Source: Candidatus Caldarchaeum sp. (GTDB lineage Archaea; Thermoproteota; Nitrososphaeria_A; Caldarchaeales; Caldarchaeaceae). Taken from it: 64,000 nucleotides of DNA. Below, in pieces: positions 19,249 to 27,780 of the stretch (the stretch's first letter is position 1; every line of letters starts with the position of its first letter). A model generated the notes under the pieces. The model was not told where the DNA came from. It ran no database searches and saw nothing but the letters and a program-made list of their open reading frames with translations. The position numbers and the translations under genes were made by a program. The DNA lies in NCBI GenBank assembly GCA_038740895.1, contig JAVYLK010000002.1, positions 29,842 to 93,841 of the forward strand. Direction: 5' to 3'.

Positions 19249-19889
19249 AGACCGTAGCTCTGCTCTCAGGCGGGTTAGACTCGACGGTGATGCTGTGGAA
19301 GCTTATCCACGAGGGCCATCAAGTAATCCCTCTAACCTTCAAGACCTATAGGAGAAATGATAGAGAGCTGGAGGCGGTCAAGCGGATCACTTCGCAGGCT
19401 GTATGCAGCGAGCTGAGGATAGTCGACACAAGCTTCCTCCGGGAGGTTGTGGACTTCCCCGAAGCCTTTAAGCAACGCCGTCTCACGCAGGAGACGCCGA
19501 GTGTCATCATCCCGTTCAGGAACATCATCTTCTACTCGATCGCAGCCCACATAGCCCTGTACGAAGAAGCCGACAACGTGGCGGGAGGCCACACGTCGGA
19601 AGATTTGTCGAGGATACCAGACGTAGGCCCGCTCTTTGTCGACATGCTGGAGAACATTCTTAAAATCTCAGCCCCCTTCGGCTGTGTAAGGGTTTTGACA
19701 CCGTTGATAGGCATGAATAAAGTCGAGGTTGTTAAGCTGGGCGTCAAGCTCAACGCACCCTTAAGCCTCACGTGGAGCTGCTGGAGCGTTTTGGACAAGC
19801 ACTGCGGGAAATGCCCCGGATGTTTGTCTAGGAAAGCTGTTTTCGCAAACGCTGGGTTGGTGGATGGGACAGAATATGCTGAGGCTTGA
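19245..19889 (+). CDS. queC: 7-cyano-7-deazaguanine synthase
   Basis: ALLSGGLDSTV PP-loop and C-terminal Zn site CWS...HCGKCPGC. 4-nt overlap with queD. Confidence 0.9.
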   Translation: MKTVALLSGGLDSTVMLWKLIHEGHQVIPLTFKTYRRNDRELEAVKRITSQAVCSELRIVDTSFLREVVDFPEAFKQRRLTQETPSVIIPFRNIIFYSIAAHIALYEEADNVAGGHTSEDLSRIPDVGPLFVDMLENILKISAPFGCVRVLTPLIGMNKVEVVKLGVKLNAPLSLTWSCWSVLDKHCGKCPGCLSRKAVFANAGLVDGTEYAEA

Positions 19890-19901
19890 AGCGGAGGTCT
19901 G

Positions 19902-20711
19902 GTGCCGTTGGACAGCGTTGTAGTAGTTTACGCTGGCACTAGGCCTACGGCTGTTCAGGCCGCCAAGAAGCTGGGTAGGCTTTTCGAGGAAAGGGGTGTG
20001 AAACACGAGGTTCTGTCCCTGGGTGAGTTCGACAAACAACACTCACGATTCAACGAAGGAGTTATCATGGTTCTGGGAGGAGACGGAACGATGCTGAGGG
20101 TTGCGAGACGGGTGGAATCCAGCGACGTCAAGCTCATAGGCGTCAACTACGGACGTGCTGGATACCTCAACATAGTTGAGCCGGCCGAGCTGGAGGAGGC
20201 CTGCAGGAGAATACTCGAGCAGGACTATCACGTCGATAGAGTCATGCGTCTCTCCATACACGCAGGAGACGAGTTCATCGCCGACGCTCTCAACGAGGCC
20301 TACGTCTCCTCAACGAAGCCAGGCAAGATCATAGAGTACAAAATCCTTCAGCGTGATCTTCTGGCTTCCGACGTGGCCGATGGAGTGATCTTGTCTACTC
20401 CTGTTGGTTCTACGGCTTATGCGTTTTCGACGGGAGGGCCGATCGTTGACGAGAGGCTCGAGGCTCTTGTGCTGTCGCCGATGGCTTCCATGACAAACTT
20501 GAGAAGCATGGTGCTTTCGATAGACGCTCCGGTGACCGTGTCGGTGGTGAAGGGGGAGGCGCAGGTGCTGGTCGACGGCCATACAGTCAAGCCGCTGCCT
20601 GACGGGAGTGCTACGGCGCGAAAATCTCCCCGAAGCCTCTCGTTCATTTCTTTCGACGAGAGGAGGCTGTTCAGAACGCGTCTAAGGAAGAGGCTTTATG
20701 GCAAGCCGTAA
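19902..20711 (+). CDS. nadK: NAD(+) kinase
   Basis: VLGGDGTMLR and NYGRAGYL motifs, GVILSTPVGSTAYAFSTGGP. Confidence 0.88.
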   Translation: MPLDSVVVVYAGTRPTAVQAAKKLGRLFEERGVKHEVLSLGEFDKQHSRFNEGVIMVLGGDGTMLRVARRVESSDVKLIGVNYGRAGYLNIVEPAELEEACRRILEQDYHVDRVMRLSIHAGDEFIADALNEAYVSSTKPGKIIEYKILQRDLLASDVADGVILSTPVGSTAYAFSTGGPIVDERLEALVLSPMASMTNLRSMVLSIDAPVTVSVVKGEAQVLVDGHTVKPLPDGSATARKSPRSLSFISFDERRLFRTRLRKRLYGKP

Positions 20712-21216
20712 AGTCTACGCCCTCGACACCCGTGCGTTCCTGTCGGTCCAGCTTGAGCCCGGGCCTGCTGAGCTGATCACCGTGCAGGAGGTTGTGGACG
20801 AGGTTCTTTACGGCGGGCTTGCTCCTGAAAGGCTTGCTCTTGCTTTGTCGAAGAACGTGGTCAAGGTGGTCAAGCCCTCGAGGCAGGCGTTGGAGCAGGT
20901 TCTGTCGGCGGCTGTGAGCACGGGGGACAGGCCTAAGCTGTCTGAGGCGGATGTCAGCCTTTTGGCTGCAGCGCTCGACGCCAAGAACGCCGGCGCTCAG
21001 GTGTTTGTTTTGTCGGACGACTACAGCCTGCAGAACACAGCGCTGAAGCTGGGGATGGAGGTCGCTGGGCTGGCGAGGCAGCCTGTCAGAGAGCTAAGAC
21101 AATGGCGCTACAGGTGCAACGTGTGCGGTAAAACCTTCGACAACCCAGTTGGAGACACTTGCCCGGTCTGCGGAGGAGAGGTGTCGAGACGCTCCCGGCA
21201 CGGCAGAGGTTTTTAA
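20698..21216 (+). CDS. nob1: Nob1-like endonuclease (PIN domain + Zn ribbon)
   Basis: N-terminal PIN (YALDTRAF..., LSEADVSLLAAAL, VLSDDYSLQN) and C-terminal CNVCGK...CPVCGG. Confidence 0.8.
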   Translation: MASRKVYALDTRAFLSVQLEPGPAELITVQEVVDEVLYGGLAPERLALALSKNVVKVVKPSRQALEQVLSAAVSTGDRPKLSEADVSLLAAALDAKNAGAQVFVLSDDYSLQNTALKLGMEVAGLARQPVRELRQWRYRCNVCGKTFDNPVGDTCPVCGGEVSRRSRHGRGF

Positions 21217-21767
21217 CGCAGTGAGAGGAGGCGGCCCGCCAGCATCGCCCCCCACACGAGCACCGGGTAGACTATCAGCCTCTCCATCCCACCGTGCCCA
21301 AGCCCCATGTAATTACCCGTTATGAAGAGCATCAGGGCCGCTAGAGAAACAATGCCTGCGACGACAGACAGAAGGCCCACCGGCTTGTCAAACACCCTAA
21401 CGCCGTACACAGCCGAAACACCTGCGAAGAGGAAGGTTATCAGAGACATCACTGAATGCAGGACTGGGACGTTTTCAGGAAATACTCCAACGCCTGCTGC
21501 TCCTATTCCCGCCAAGGCGATGAAGGCTCTGAACAACCTGCTTCTGAAGGCCTCGGCTCCAAGATATGCTGCTAGAATGATGCAGATTCCGAGAATGATG
21601 ATGGAGGTGTTGAATATTGGTGCGGCGACGCCAACGCCCAGATCGCTTATGTAGTTTCCAGATACACTGTATCCAGGGTAGACCGACTCAGCAATTCTAA
21701 GAGCCATCATGAACTGCACGATGGATATGAAGAGTAAAGCGCCTGCGACCACGTTCTTCTTCATCAC
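21213..21767 (-). CDS. DUF998-like integral membrane protein
   Basis: 184 aa, ~6 TM. N-terminal ...YPGYSVSGNYISDLG motif is characteristic of DUF998. Confidence 0.6.
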   Translation of the reverse strand: MMKKNVVAGALLFISIVQFMMALRIAESVYPGYSVSGNYISDLGVGVAAPIFNTSIIILGICIILAAYLGAEAFRSRLFRAFIALAGIGAAGVGVFPENVPVLHSVMSLITFLFAGVSAVYGVRVFDKPVGLLSVVAGIVSLAALMLFITGNYMGLGHGGMERLIVYPVLVWGAMLAGRLLSLR

Positions 21768-21798
21768 ATTACAGCTGGTAGACTGGGTATTTTTGTTT

Positions 21799-22218
21799 TT
21801 ACATAAGCAGCGTGAATAATGGCGGTAATGTCAAGACCAGTGGAATTTCTGCACGTGCTATGTTCATGGCCGTGCTGCGGGCTTTAGCATCCCCTTTCGA
21901 GGCACGAGGTCCATAGATGAATGAGTGGAAAAAATCAAGCGAGATAGCTGTGTAAAGCGTTGTAAGGGCTGCTGCCTCAGAAAGGCCTATGTTTTCCACA
22001 AAAGCCAAGTATGTTGCTGAGATTGCCGAGGCCGCTATGGCCGTCCACACGATTGGGTTGTAGCGCCTCATCATACCTGCCATAATCCTCAACCTCAACA
22101 TTCTGTCGTCCAAGATCCTTGTCTCTGGTATTGCAGCGAAGGTTAGGTGGATCAGCCCTCCAACCCATATGACAAGCCCGTAAACCAGCGCAGTTTTCGC
22201 CAGCAGCTCGACGCTCAT
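21799..22218 (-). CDS. Integral membrane protein (4 TM), unknown function
   Basis: I take ATG 22218 (MSVELLAKT...) as the start, because it forms an ATGA overlap with the stop of the upstream gene. The longest ORF would start at 22302. Confidence 0.5.
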   Translation of the reverse strand: MSVELLAKTALVYGLVIWVGGLIHLTFAAIPETRILDDRMLRLRIMAGMMRRYNPIVWTAIAASAISATYLAFVENIGLSEAAALTTLYTAISLDFFHSFIYGPRASKGDAKARSTAMNIARAEIPLVLTLPPLFTLLM

Positions 22219-22748
22219 TTTACGTATCTGCGTAAAACAAGTATCGTTACCTGCGATCCCAAAGCACTGAGAACCAAGTTTGCGGCAATAGCTCCCGCCC
22301 ATATAACTGCAAGCATCTGGAGCTGGACTTGGAAAAGGCCGACATAGGTGAGGATTCCCATAGCTACAATAGCTTCAGCCAAACCACTCACCATCGTTCC
22401 AGCAACAATCCTCCTCGGCTTCCTACAGGCTTCAGCATATTTCTCACCTAGGCTAAGGTCGTAAACCACGCCTGCCGCCACCGTGGCTATGAAAAGATAC
22501 GGCGCAGGGGCTGGAACAACCGCAAGCAGCACAAGGCCGGATATGATTGACATGAGACTTACGCTCCACATACGGCCTGTGTAGGCGGCGACGGCGCTCA
22601 TGGTAAGCCCTCTGAAGAAATGGGCTGGATATCCTCTTGCTGCGGGGAGCGTCAGCCCGAACAACGCGGACATCAAAACATAGAAGGCTGCTGATAACGC
22701 AATTGTGGATATGTTTTTTGTGGATAACAGTTTTTGATATGGTTGCAT
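22215..22748 (-). CDS. Integral membrane protein, possibly an ECF-type S component
   Basis: 177 aa, 5-6 hydrophobic helices. No diagnostic motif. The S-component idea is inference from size and topology only. Confidence 0.45.
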   Translation of the reverse strand: MQPYQKLLSTKNISTIALSAAFYVLMSALFGLTLPAARGYPAHFFRGLTMSAVAAYTGRMWSVSLMSIISGLVLLAVVPAPAPYLFIATVAAGVVYDLSLGEKYAEACRKPRRIVAGTMVSGLAEAIVAMGILTYVGLFQVQLQMLAVIWAGAIAANLVLSALGSQVTILVLRRYVK

Positions 22749-22855
22749 ATTGCGTAAACCGCAACCTCATATTTAAATCTATTTAAAATACCATTAACCA
22801 CGGCACGCCGCGACACGGCTAAACCTTTATCCTACGATTACAAAGGTAGTCTAAA

Positions 22856-24400
22856 GTGAATCAAGCAGACGACGTCATCGCGGTGGTTGACTTCGGAGGC
22901 CAGTACACCCATCTCATAAGCCGTAGGATAAGAGAGCTGGGCGTAAAGACTGAGGTTGTTCCCCACGCAGCAGCAGGCGAGCGGTCTTTCTCAAATAATG
23001 TAAAGGGCTTTGTCCTGTCGGGCGGTCCGGCGAGCGTCTACGACCTCAACGCACCCCGCATAAGCTTTGAGCAGATCGGCGGAAAACCCATCCTCGGCAT
23101 CTGCTACGGCCACCAGCTCATCGCCCACCATTTCACAGGCCTCGTGAAAAAAGCCTCGAAAAGAGAGTACGGCAGAGTGGAGCTTAGAATAGTCGAAGAC
23201 TGCGAGCTGTTCAAAGGCCTGCCCAGAAGGTTTAACGTTTGGATGAGCCATTCGGATTTCGTTGAGAAGCTGCCGCCCGGCTTCAGAACAGCGGCTTCGA
23301 CAGAGACATCACCCCATTCAGCCATCTACGACAGCTCCCGAAAAATTTTTGGGCTGCAGTTTCATCCGGAGGTCGCCCACACAGAACACGGTCTGCAAAT
23401 CCTCAGAAACTTCGTCATCGACGTCTGCGGCTGCAAGCAGACATGGCGTATGGAGGATTATATCGACAGAGCTGTCAGGCTTGTAGCTGATGAGGTGGGA
23501 GAGGGCAGGGTTCTGTGCGCTGTGAGCGGCGGCGTCGACTCGACTGTAGCTGCGGCCATAGTCTCCAAGGCGGTGGGAGACCGTTTGAAATGCCTATTCG
23601 TAAACCACGGCTTGCTGCGGAGCCGTGAGCCCGAGAGGGTTTTGGACATTTTGCGGAAGACCGTCGGCGAGAACAACGTGATCTACGTTGATGCCATCGA
23701 TAGGTTTCTGGAGAAGCTGAAGGGTGTTGCAGACCCCGAGGAGAAGAGGAGAATCGTTGGCGCCGAGTTCGCCGCAATATTTGAAGAGGTCAGCTCAAAG
23801 CATGGCCCGTTCACGCACCTGGCTCAGGGAACGCTTTACCCCGACGTGGTCGAGAGCGGAAGGTCTGTGGGCGGCTCGGCGGTCATCAAAACCCACCACA
23901 ACGTAGGCGGTCTCCCCCCAAACCTCGGCATGAAGGTCGTAGAGCCTTTGAGAGAGCTATACAAGGATGAGGTGAGAAAACTGGCCCGAATACTCGGCCT
24001 ACCTGAATGGGTCGTCCGAAGGCATCCCTTCCCAGGACCTGGGCTCGCTGTCAGGGTCGTCGGAGAAGTCACGCGTGAGAAGCTGGAGATATGCAGGAAG
24101 GCCTCGGAGATCGTTGAAGAGGAGTTGGAGAAAGAGGGTTTGATTGACGATGTCTGGCAGGCTTTCGCATTCGTCGGGGACGACAAGGCAACAGGTGTGA
24201 AAGGGGACCAGAGAAGTTATGGATACATCGCGACTGTGAGGGTCGTTACGTCGGTTGACGGGATGACGGCTGACTGGGCACGGCTTCCCCATGAAGTTCT
24301 CGACAAAATAGCGAGAAGGATTGTTAACGAAGTTGAAAACGTGGCATGGGTGGCTTACGCCATTTCAAGCAAGCCTCCCGCAACTATTGAGCCGCAGTAG
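22856..24400 (+). CDS. guaA: GMP synthase (glutamine-hydrolysing), fused GATase + ATP-PPase
   Basis: GICYGHQL GATase catalytic Cys, SGGVDSTV PP-loop, C-terminal KPPATIEPQ. Confidence 0.95.
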   Translation: MNQADDVIAVVDFGGQYTHLISRRIRELGVKTEVVPHAAAGERSFSNNVKGFVLSGGPASVYDLNAPRISFEQIGGKPILGICYGHQLIAHHFTGLVKKASKREYGRVELRIVEDCELFKGLPRRFNVWMSHSDFVEKLPPGFRTAASTETSPHSAIYDSSRKIFGLQFHPEVAHTEHGLQILRNFVIDVCGCKQTWRMEDYIDRAVRLVADEVGEGRVLCAVSGGVDSTVAAAIVSKAVGDRLKCLFVNHGLLRSREPERVLDILRKTVGENNVIYVDAIDRFLEKLKGVADPEEKRRIVGAEFAAIFEEVSSKHGPFTHLAQGTLYPDVVESGRSVGGSAVIKTHHNVGGLPPNLGMKVVEPLRELYKDEVRKLARILGLPEWVVRRHPFPGPGLAVRVVGEVTREKLEICRKASEIVEEELEKEGLIDDVWQAFAFVGDDKATGVKGDQRSYGYIATVRVVTSVDGMTADWARLPHEVLDKIARRIVNEVENVAWVAYAISSKPPATIEPQ

Positions 24401-24401
24401 C

Positions 24402-25202
24402 TTACCGTCCACTCCAGACGGGGCGCCTCTTCTCCAGGAAAGCTTTCACACCCTCCTTCAAATCCTCCGTGGAAAACAACGATGCGAACAGCGTCAGCTC
24501 AGCCCGCAGCCCAGCCGTCAAATCTGTCTCGAGAGATAGGTTGACAGCCTCCTTAGCCGCTGCCAGTGCGAGGGGTGGCTTTGACAGCAGCTTGTCAACC
24601 AAGTTCTTCAAAGATTCCTCAACCTTGTCCCTAGCAGCCACGGCGCATACCAAGCCCATCCTCTCAAGCTCATGCGCGGAAACCCTTTCACCCGTCATGA
24701 TGAGCTCCTTAGCCTTCTTCTCGCCCACAAGCCGTGGAAGCCTCTGAGTCCCACCGCCTCCGGGGATTAGCCCGAGGTTTATCTCAGGCTGGCCGAAAAC
24801 AGCGTCCTCGGAAGCTAGGATTAGGTCGCATGCCATGGCGAGCTCGAACCCTCCGCCCAGGCAGTATCCCTCGACAACGGCCACGACAGGCTTCTGCATG
24901 TTTCTTATAATCCTCGACAGAACCATGGAAGTTCCCAGCTCGTTGCCCACCCTCACGGCGTCCTCGGGCTTCCATTCGAGGAAAGCCTTGACGTCTGCTC
25001 CCGCGCTGAAGTTTCCACCAGCCCCCCTCAAAACAACAACCCGTACAGAGGAGTCGCCGGCAGCGTCCTCCAGAGCCGTCTTCAGCTCCCGTCTCAAGTC
25101 CAGCTCCAAGGCGTTGTACCTCTTAGGGTTGTTCAAAACAATCGTCGCGACACCGTCTTTCTTCGTGTAGATTACTTTGTTGTAGGACGTGTTCACACCC
25201 AT
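24402..25202 (-). CDS. Enoyl-CoA hydratase (crotonase family)
   Basis: GNFSAGADV, VVEGYCLGGGFELAMACD, FGQPEINLGLIPGGGGTQRL. Confidence 0.9.
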   Translation of the reverse strand: MGVNTSYNKVIYTKKDGVATIVLNNPKRYNALELDLRRELKTALEDAAGDSSVRVVVLRGAGGNFSAGADVKAFLEWKPEDAVRVGNELGTSMVLSRIIRNMQKPVVAVVEGYCLGGGFELAMACDLILASEDAVFGQPEINLGLIPGGGGTQRLPRLVGEKKAKELIMTGERVSAHELERMGLVCAVAARDKVEESLKNLVDKLLSKPPLALAAAKEAVNLSLETDLTAGLRAELTLFASLFSTEDLKEGVKAFLEKRRPVWSGR

Positions 25203-25227
25203 TCTTCTAGGCGTGGCTATTTATCTG

Positions 25228-25902
25228 TCATGCTGAGGCTGGCCTGAATCCGGGCAAAAACCTTCTCCTGACGTATCCGCTTACGATGTCTATGGCGATG
25301 ACTGTCGCAAGAGTGAAGACCAAGACGGTTGTGAGGCTGCTGTACCTCAGCGACTCTATGTAGCTGACCATCAGGAAACCGACTCCCCCCGCCCCCACGA
25401 ACCCCAGCACAGCAGACGAACGAATGTTGTACTCGAACATGAACAACAGCTGACTGACTATAGTGTTCATCGACTCGGGAAGGACAGCATGCCTCACCAA
25501 AAGAATCCTCGAAGCCCCCGTCACCCGGAGGGCGTCTAGAACCTCGGCGTCGACTGCTTCGAAGGCTTCATAGTAGAGCTTCGACAGGTATCCGAAGGAG
25601 TACACGGCTACGGCTAACGTGCCTGCGAACGGGCCCAGCCCGACGGCTATGACGAACAGCACGGCCCAGAAGAGTGCTGGGATTGTTCGGACGATGCCCA
25701 GCAGGGAGCGTACGGCCGTTGTGAGGGAGGATGGAAAGATGTTTCTGAGGGCGAGGGCTGAGAACGGCATGGACAGGAGGAAGCCTATGACTGTTCCGAC
25801 GAAGGCTATCTGGACGGTTTCGGCGAGGGCTGCAGCGACTTCCGAAGCCACTCCGAGGTCCGGCGGAAGCATCTCAGCCACGAGGCTGCCAAGGTTGGAC
25901 AC
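25228..25902 (-). CDS. phnE: Phosphonate ABC transporter permease PhnE (canonical-start version; likely 5'-incomplete, see finding)
   Basis: EMLPPDLG motif and EAA-like loop. The first canonical start is GTG 25902, but 33 more sense codons encoding a TM helix extend up to the phnC stop. Confidence 0.85.
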   Translation of the reverse strand: MSNLGSLVAEMLPPDLGVASEVAAALAETVQIAFVGTVIGFLLSMPFSALALRNIFPSSLTTAVRSLLGIVRTIPALFWAVLFVIAVGLGPFAGTLAVAVYSFGYLSKLYYEAFEAVDAEVLDALRVTGASRILLVRHAVLPESMNTIVSQLLFMFEYNIRSSAVLGFVGAGGVGFLMVSYIESLRYSSLTTVLVFTLATVIAIDIVSGYVRRRFLPGFRPASA

Positions 25903-26001
25903 TCCCCTTCCAAGCCTTCCAAGGTCTGCGAAGCCTAGGTTGGAGGCGGAGTATACGAAAGCAGCTATGACAAGCAGGAGGCTGAGCTGTTTACCGAAAT
26001 T

Positions 26002-26718
26002 TCATGGAGCTGCTCCTCCGCCGAGTATGAACGAGAGGCTGTTTATGTCTAGTTTGTCTGCGGCCATGTCGGCGGTTATTCGTCCGTCTTTGAGGATGAC
26101 GGCTCTGTCGGCGAATTTGTTGACGAGGTACGTGTCGTGCATGGTCATCATCAAAGCTATGTTGTTTCGCTTACATATCTTGCGTGTAAGGGTCATCACT
26201 TCGTAGGCGTTGATTACATCGAGGTCTGACACGAACTCGTCGGCCAGCAGGATGCTGGGAGCCTGCATCAAAGACCTTGCGACAGCCACCCTCTGTCTCT
26301 CACCCCCGCTCAGCAGGCTTGCTTTTCTGTAGGCCAGCTCGGCGAGGCCCATCTCAGCCAGTAGCCGGTGAGCCTTCTCCAGCTCTTTCTCCGGGAATCT
26401 GCCGAGGAGGCCGTTCAAACGTCCCACACGGCCGAGCGACCCTAGTAAGACGTTTTGAAGAGCTGAAATGTTTTTGACGAGCCCGACGTTCTGAGGCACG
26501 TATCCTACTCCACCTCTTTCGACGCCCAGCTGGACGACGCCTTGGTATGGGTAAAGCAGCCCGGCGATTACTTTGAGGAGGGTTGTCTTGCCGGAGCCTG
26601 AGAAACCCATCACGGCGAGAGATTCTCCTTGATGAAGCTCAAGGTCTACGCCGTCGAGAACGTTCCTTCGGCCGTCGTAGGAAAACCTCAACCCTCGGAC
26701 TACGAGAGCGTGTTTCAA
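26002..26718 (-). CDS. phnC: Phosphonate ABC transporter ATP-binding protein
   Basis: GFSGSGKTT Walker A, LSGGERQRVAVARSL signature, ILLADEF Walker B. Confidence 0.9.
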   Translation of the reverse strand: MKHALVVRGLRFSYDGRRNVLDGVDLELHQGESLAVMGFSGSGKTTLLKVIAGLLYPYQGVVQLGVERGGVGYVPQNVGLVKNISALQNVLLGSLGRVGRLNGLLGRFPEKELEKAHRLLAEMGLAELAYRKASLLSGGERQRVAVARSLMQAPSILLADEFVSDLDVINAYEVMTLTRKICKRNNIALMMTMHDTYLVNKFADRAVILKDGRITADMAADKLDINSLSFILGGGAAP

Positions 26719-26720
26719 GC

Positions 26721-27674
26721 TCAGCCCACTTTCTCCGAGTACTTCAGGTTTGTCAGCTCTAGATAGTGCTTTAAGTTAGAGAGGTGTTTTTCAGAGGTTG
26801 TGGGCTCAAACCTGACGAACAGAGCTGAGACGAATTGACGCATCAGCTCAGGCTGTGTCTCTCCAAGCTCCAGCAAGGCTTGGGCGAGCTCGGACCGCAG
26901 CGGCTCCCTCAGCTCCTTCGAGAAGACGACTCCATGGCTGGGAATCGGCCCCTGAGACGCAACCACCCTTGTGCTGGACATGACCTCTAAGTAGAGGCTT
27001 GCTGGAATGTCTCCGGCTATTACTGCTGCGTCGACGTCGCCGTTCCTCAAAGCGGCCCAAGACTGGGCGTATCCTCCTGTTAACACGACGTTGAAGAACG
27101 TGCTGGGGTCTGCTTCCACTCCCGGCTTTGTCTGTATGTAGCCCAGCTCAACCAGCTTAGCTACTGGAGCCAAGTAGCCTGAAGTGGAGATGGGGCTTGG
27201 TAGAGCTACTTTCTTTCCGCGCAGGTCTTCAACCGATTTGATGGGAGAGTCGGGCATGACGATCCAGTACGAGTAGTAGGCGGTGGACTGGATGAGTTTG
27301 TCGCCCTCCCCAACCGTCCTCACCTCGGCGAGGACGACCTCCGCCCCCGCAAGCTTCCAAGCTAGGTACGAGGGCCAGGCGCTCATGAACGCTGCCTGGG
27401 CATGGCCTCTCCTGAGTGCTTCCACGGCCGCTGCGTAGGATGTTGGGACGTATATCTCCACGTCGACCTCCGGCAGCCGCTGCTCGAGGAAAGCCTCTAC
27501 CGGCTTTGACCTCTGCATGACTTCGGCGGCTGACAGGGTTGGCTGGATTGCTATTACTAGCTTCGTCCTCGTGGGCTGGGGGAAGACCATGCCGAGTCCT
27601 GCGGAGAGGGTGAGGCCGATTAGTATTCCGGCTGTGAGAAGTGCGGCTGTTTGGATTAGTGTTTCGCGCGCCAC
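26721..27674 (-). CDS. phnD: Phosphonate/phosphite ABC substrate-binding protein PhnD family
   Basis: Signal/TM anchor, then ...YVPTSYAAAVEALRRGHAQAAFMS... and PSPISTSGYLAP, typical of PhnD. GTG start. Confidence 0.88.
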   Translation of the reverse strand: MARETLIQTAALLTAGILIGLTLSAGLGMVFPQPTRTKLVIAIQPTLSAAEVMQRSKPVEAFLEQRLPEVDVEIYVPTSYAAAVEALRRGHAQAAFMSAWPSYLAWKLAGAEVVLAEVRTVGEGDKLIQSTAYYSYWIVMPDSPIKSVEDLRGKKVALPSPISTSGYLAPVAKLVELGYIQTKPGVEADPSTFFNVVLTGGYAQSWAALRNGDVDAAVIAGDIPASLYLEVMSSTRVVASQGPIPSHGVVFSKELREPLRSELAQALLELGETQPELMRQFVSALFVRFEPTTSEKHLSNLKHYLELTNLKYSEKVG

Positions 27675-27677
27675 GCC

Positions 27678-27690
27678 ATAACGGCGTTAT
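27678..27690. promoter_or_regulatory. Perfect 6-1-6 palindrome ATAACGGCGTTAT between a TATA-like box (27695-27708) and the phnD start
   Basis: Read directly. ATAACG-G-CGTTAT is self-complementary and sits 4 nt upstream of the phnD GTG, in the position expected for a repressor operator on a leaderless promoter. Confidence 0.4.
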
Positions 27691-27780
27691 ACCGGTATTT
27701 AAATTATACAGCGTGAACAACACCATTCACACGGTTTAACAACAAGCATATAACACCGTTAACAAAAAACAGACACAACG

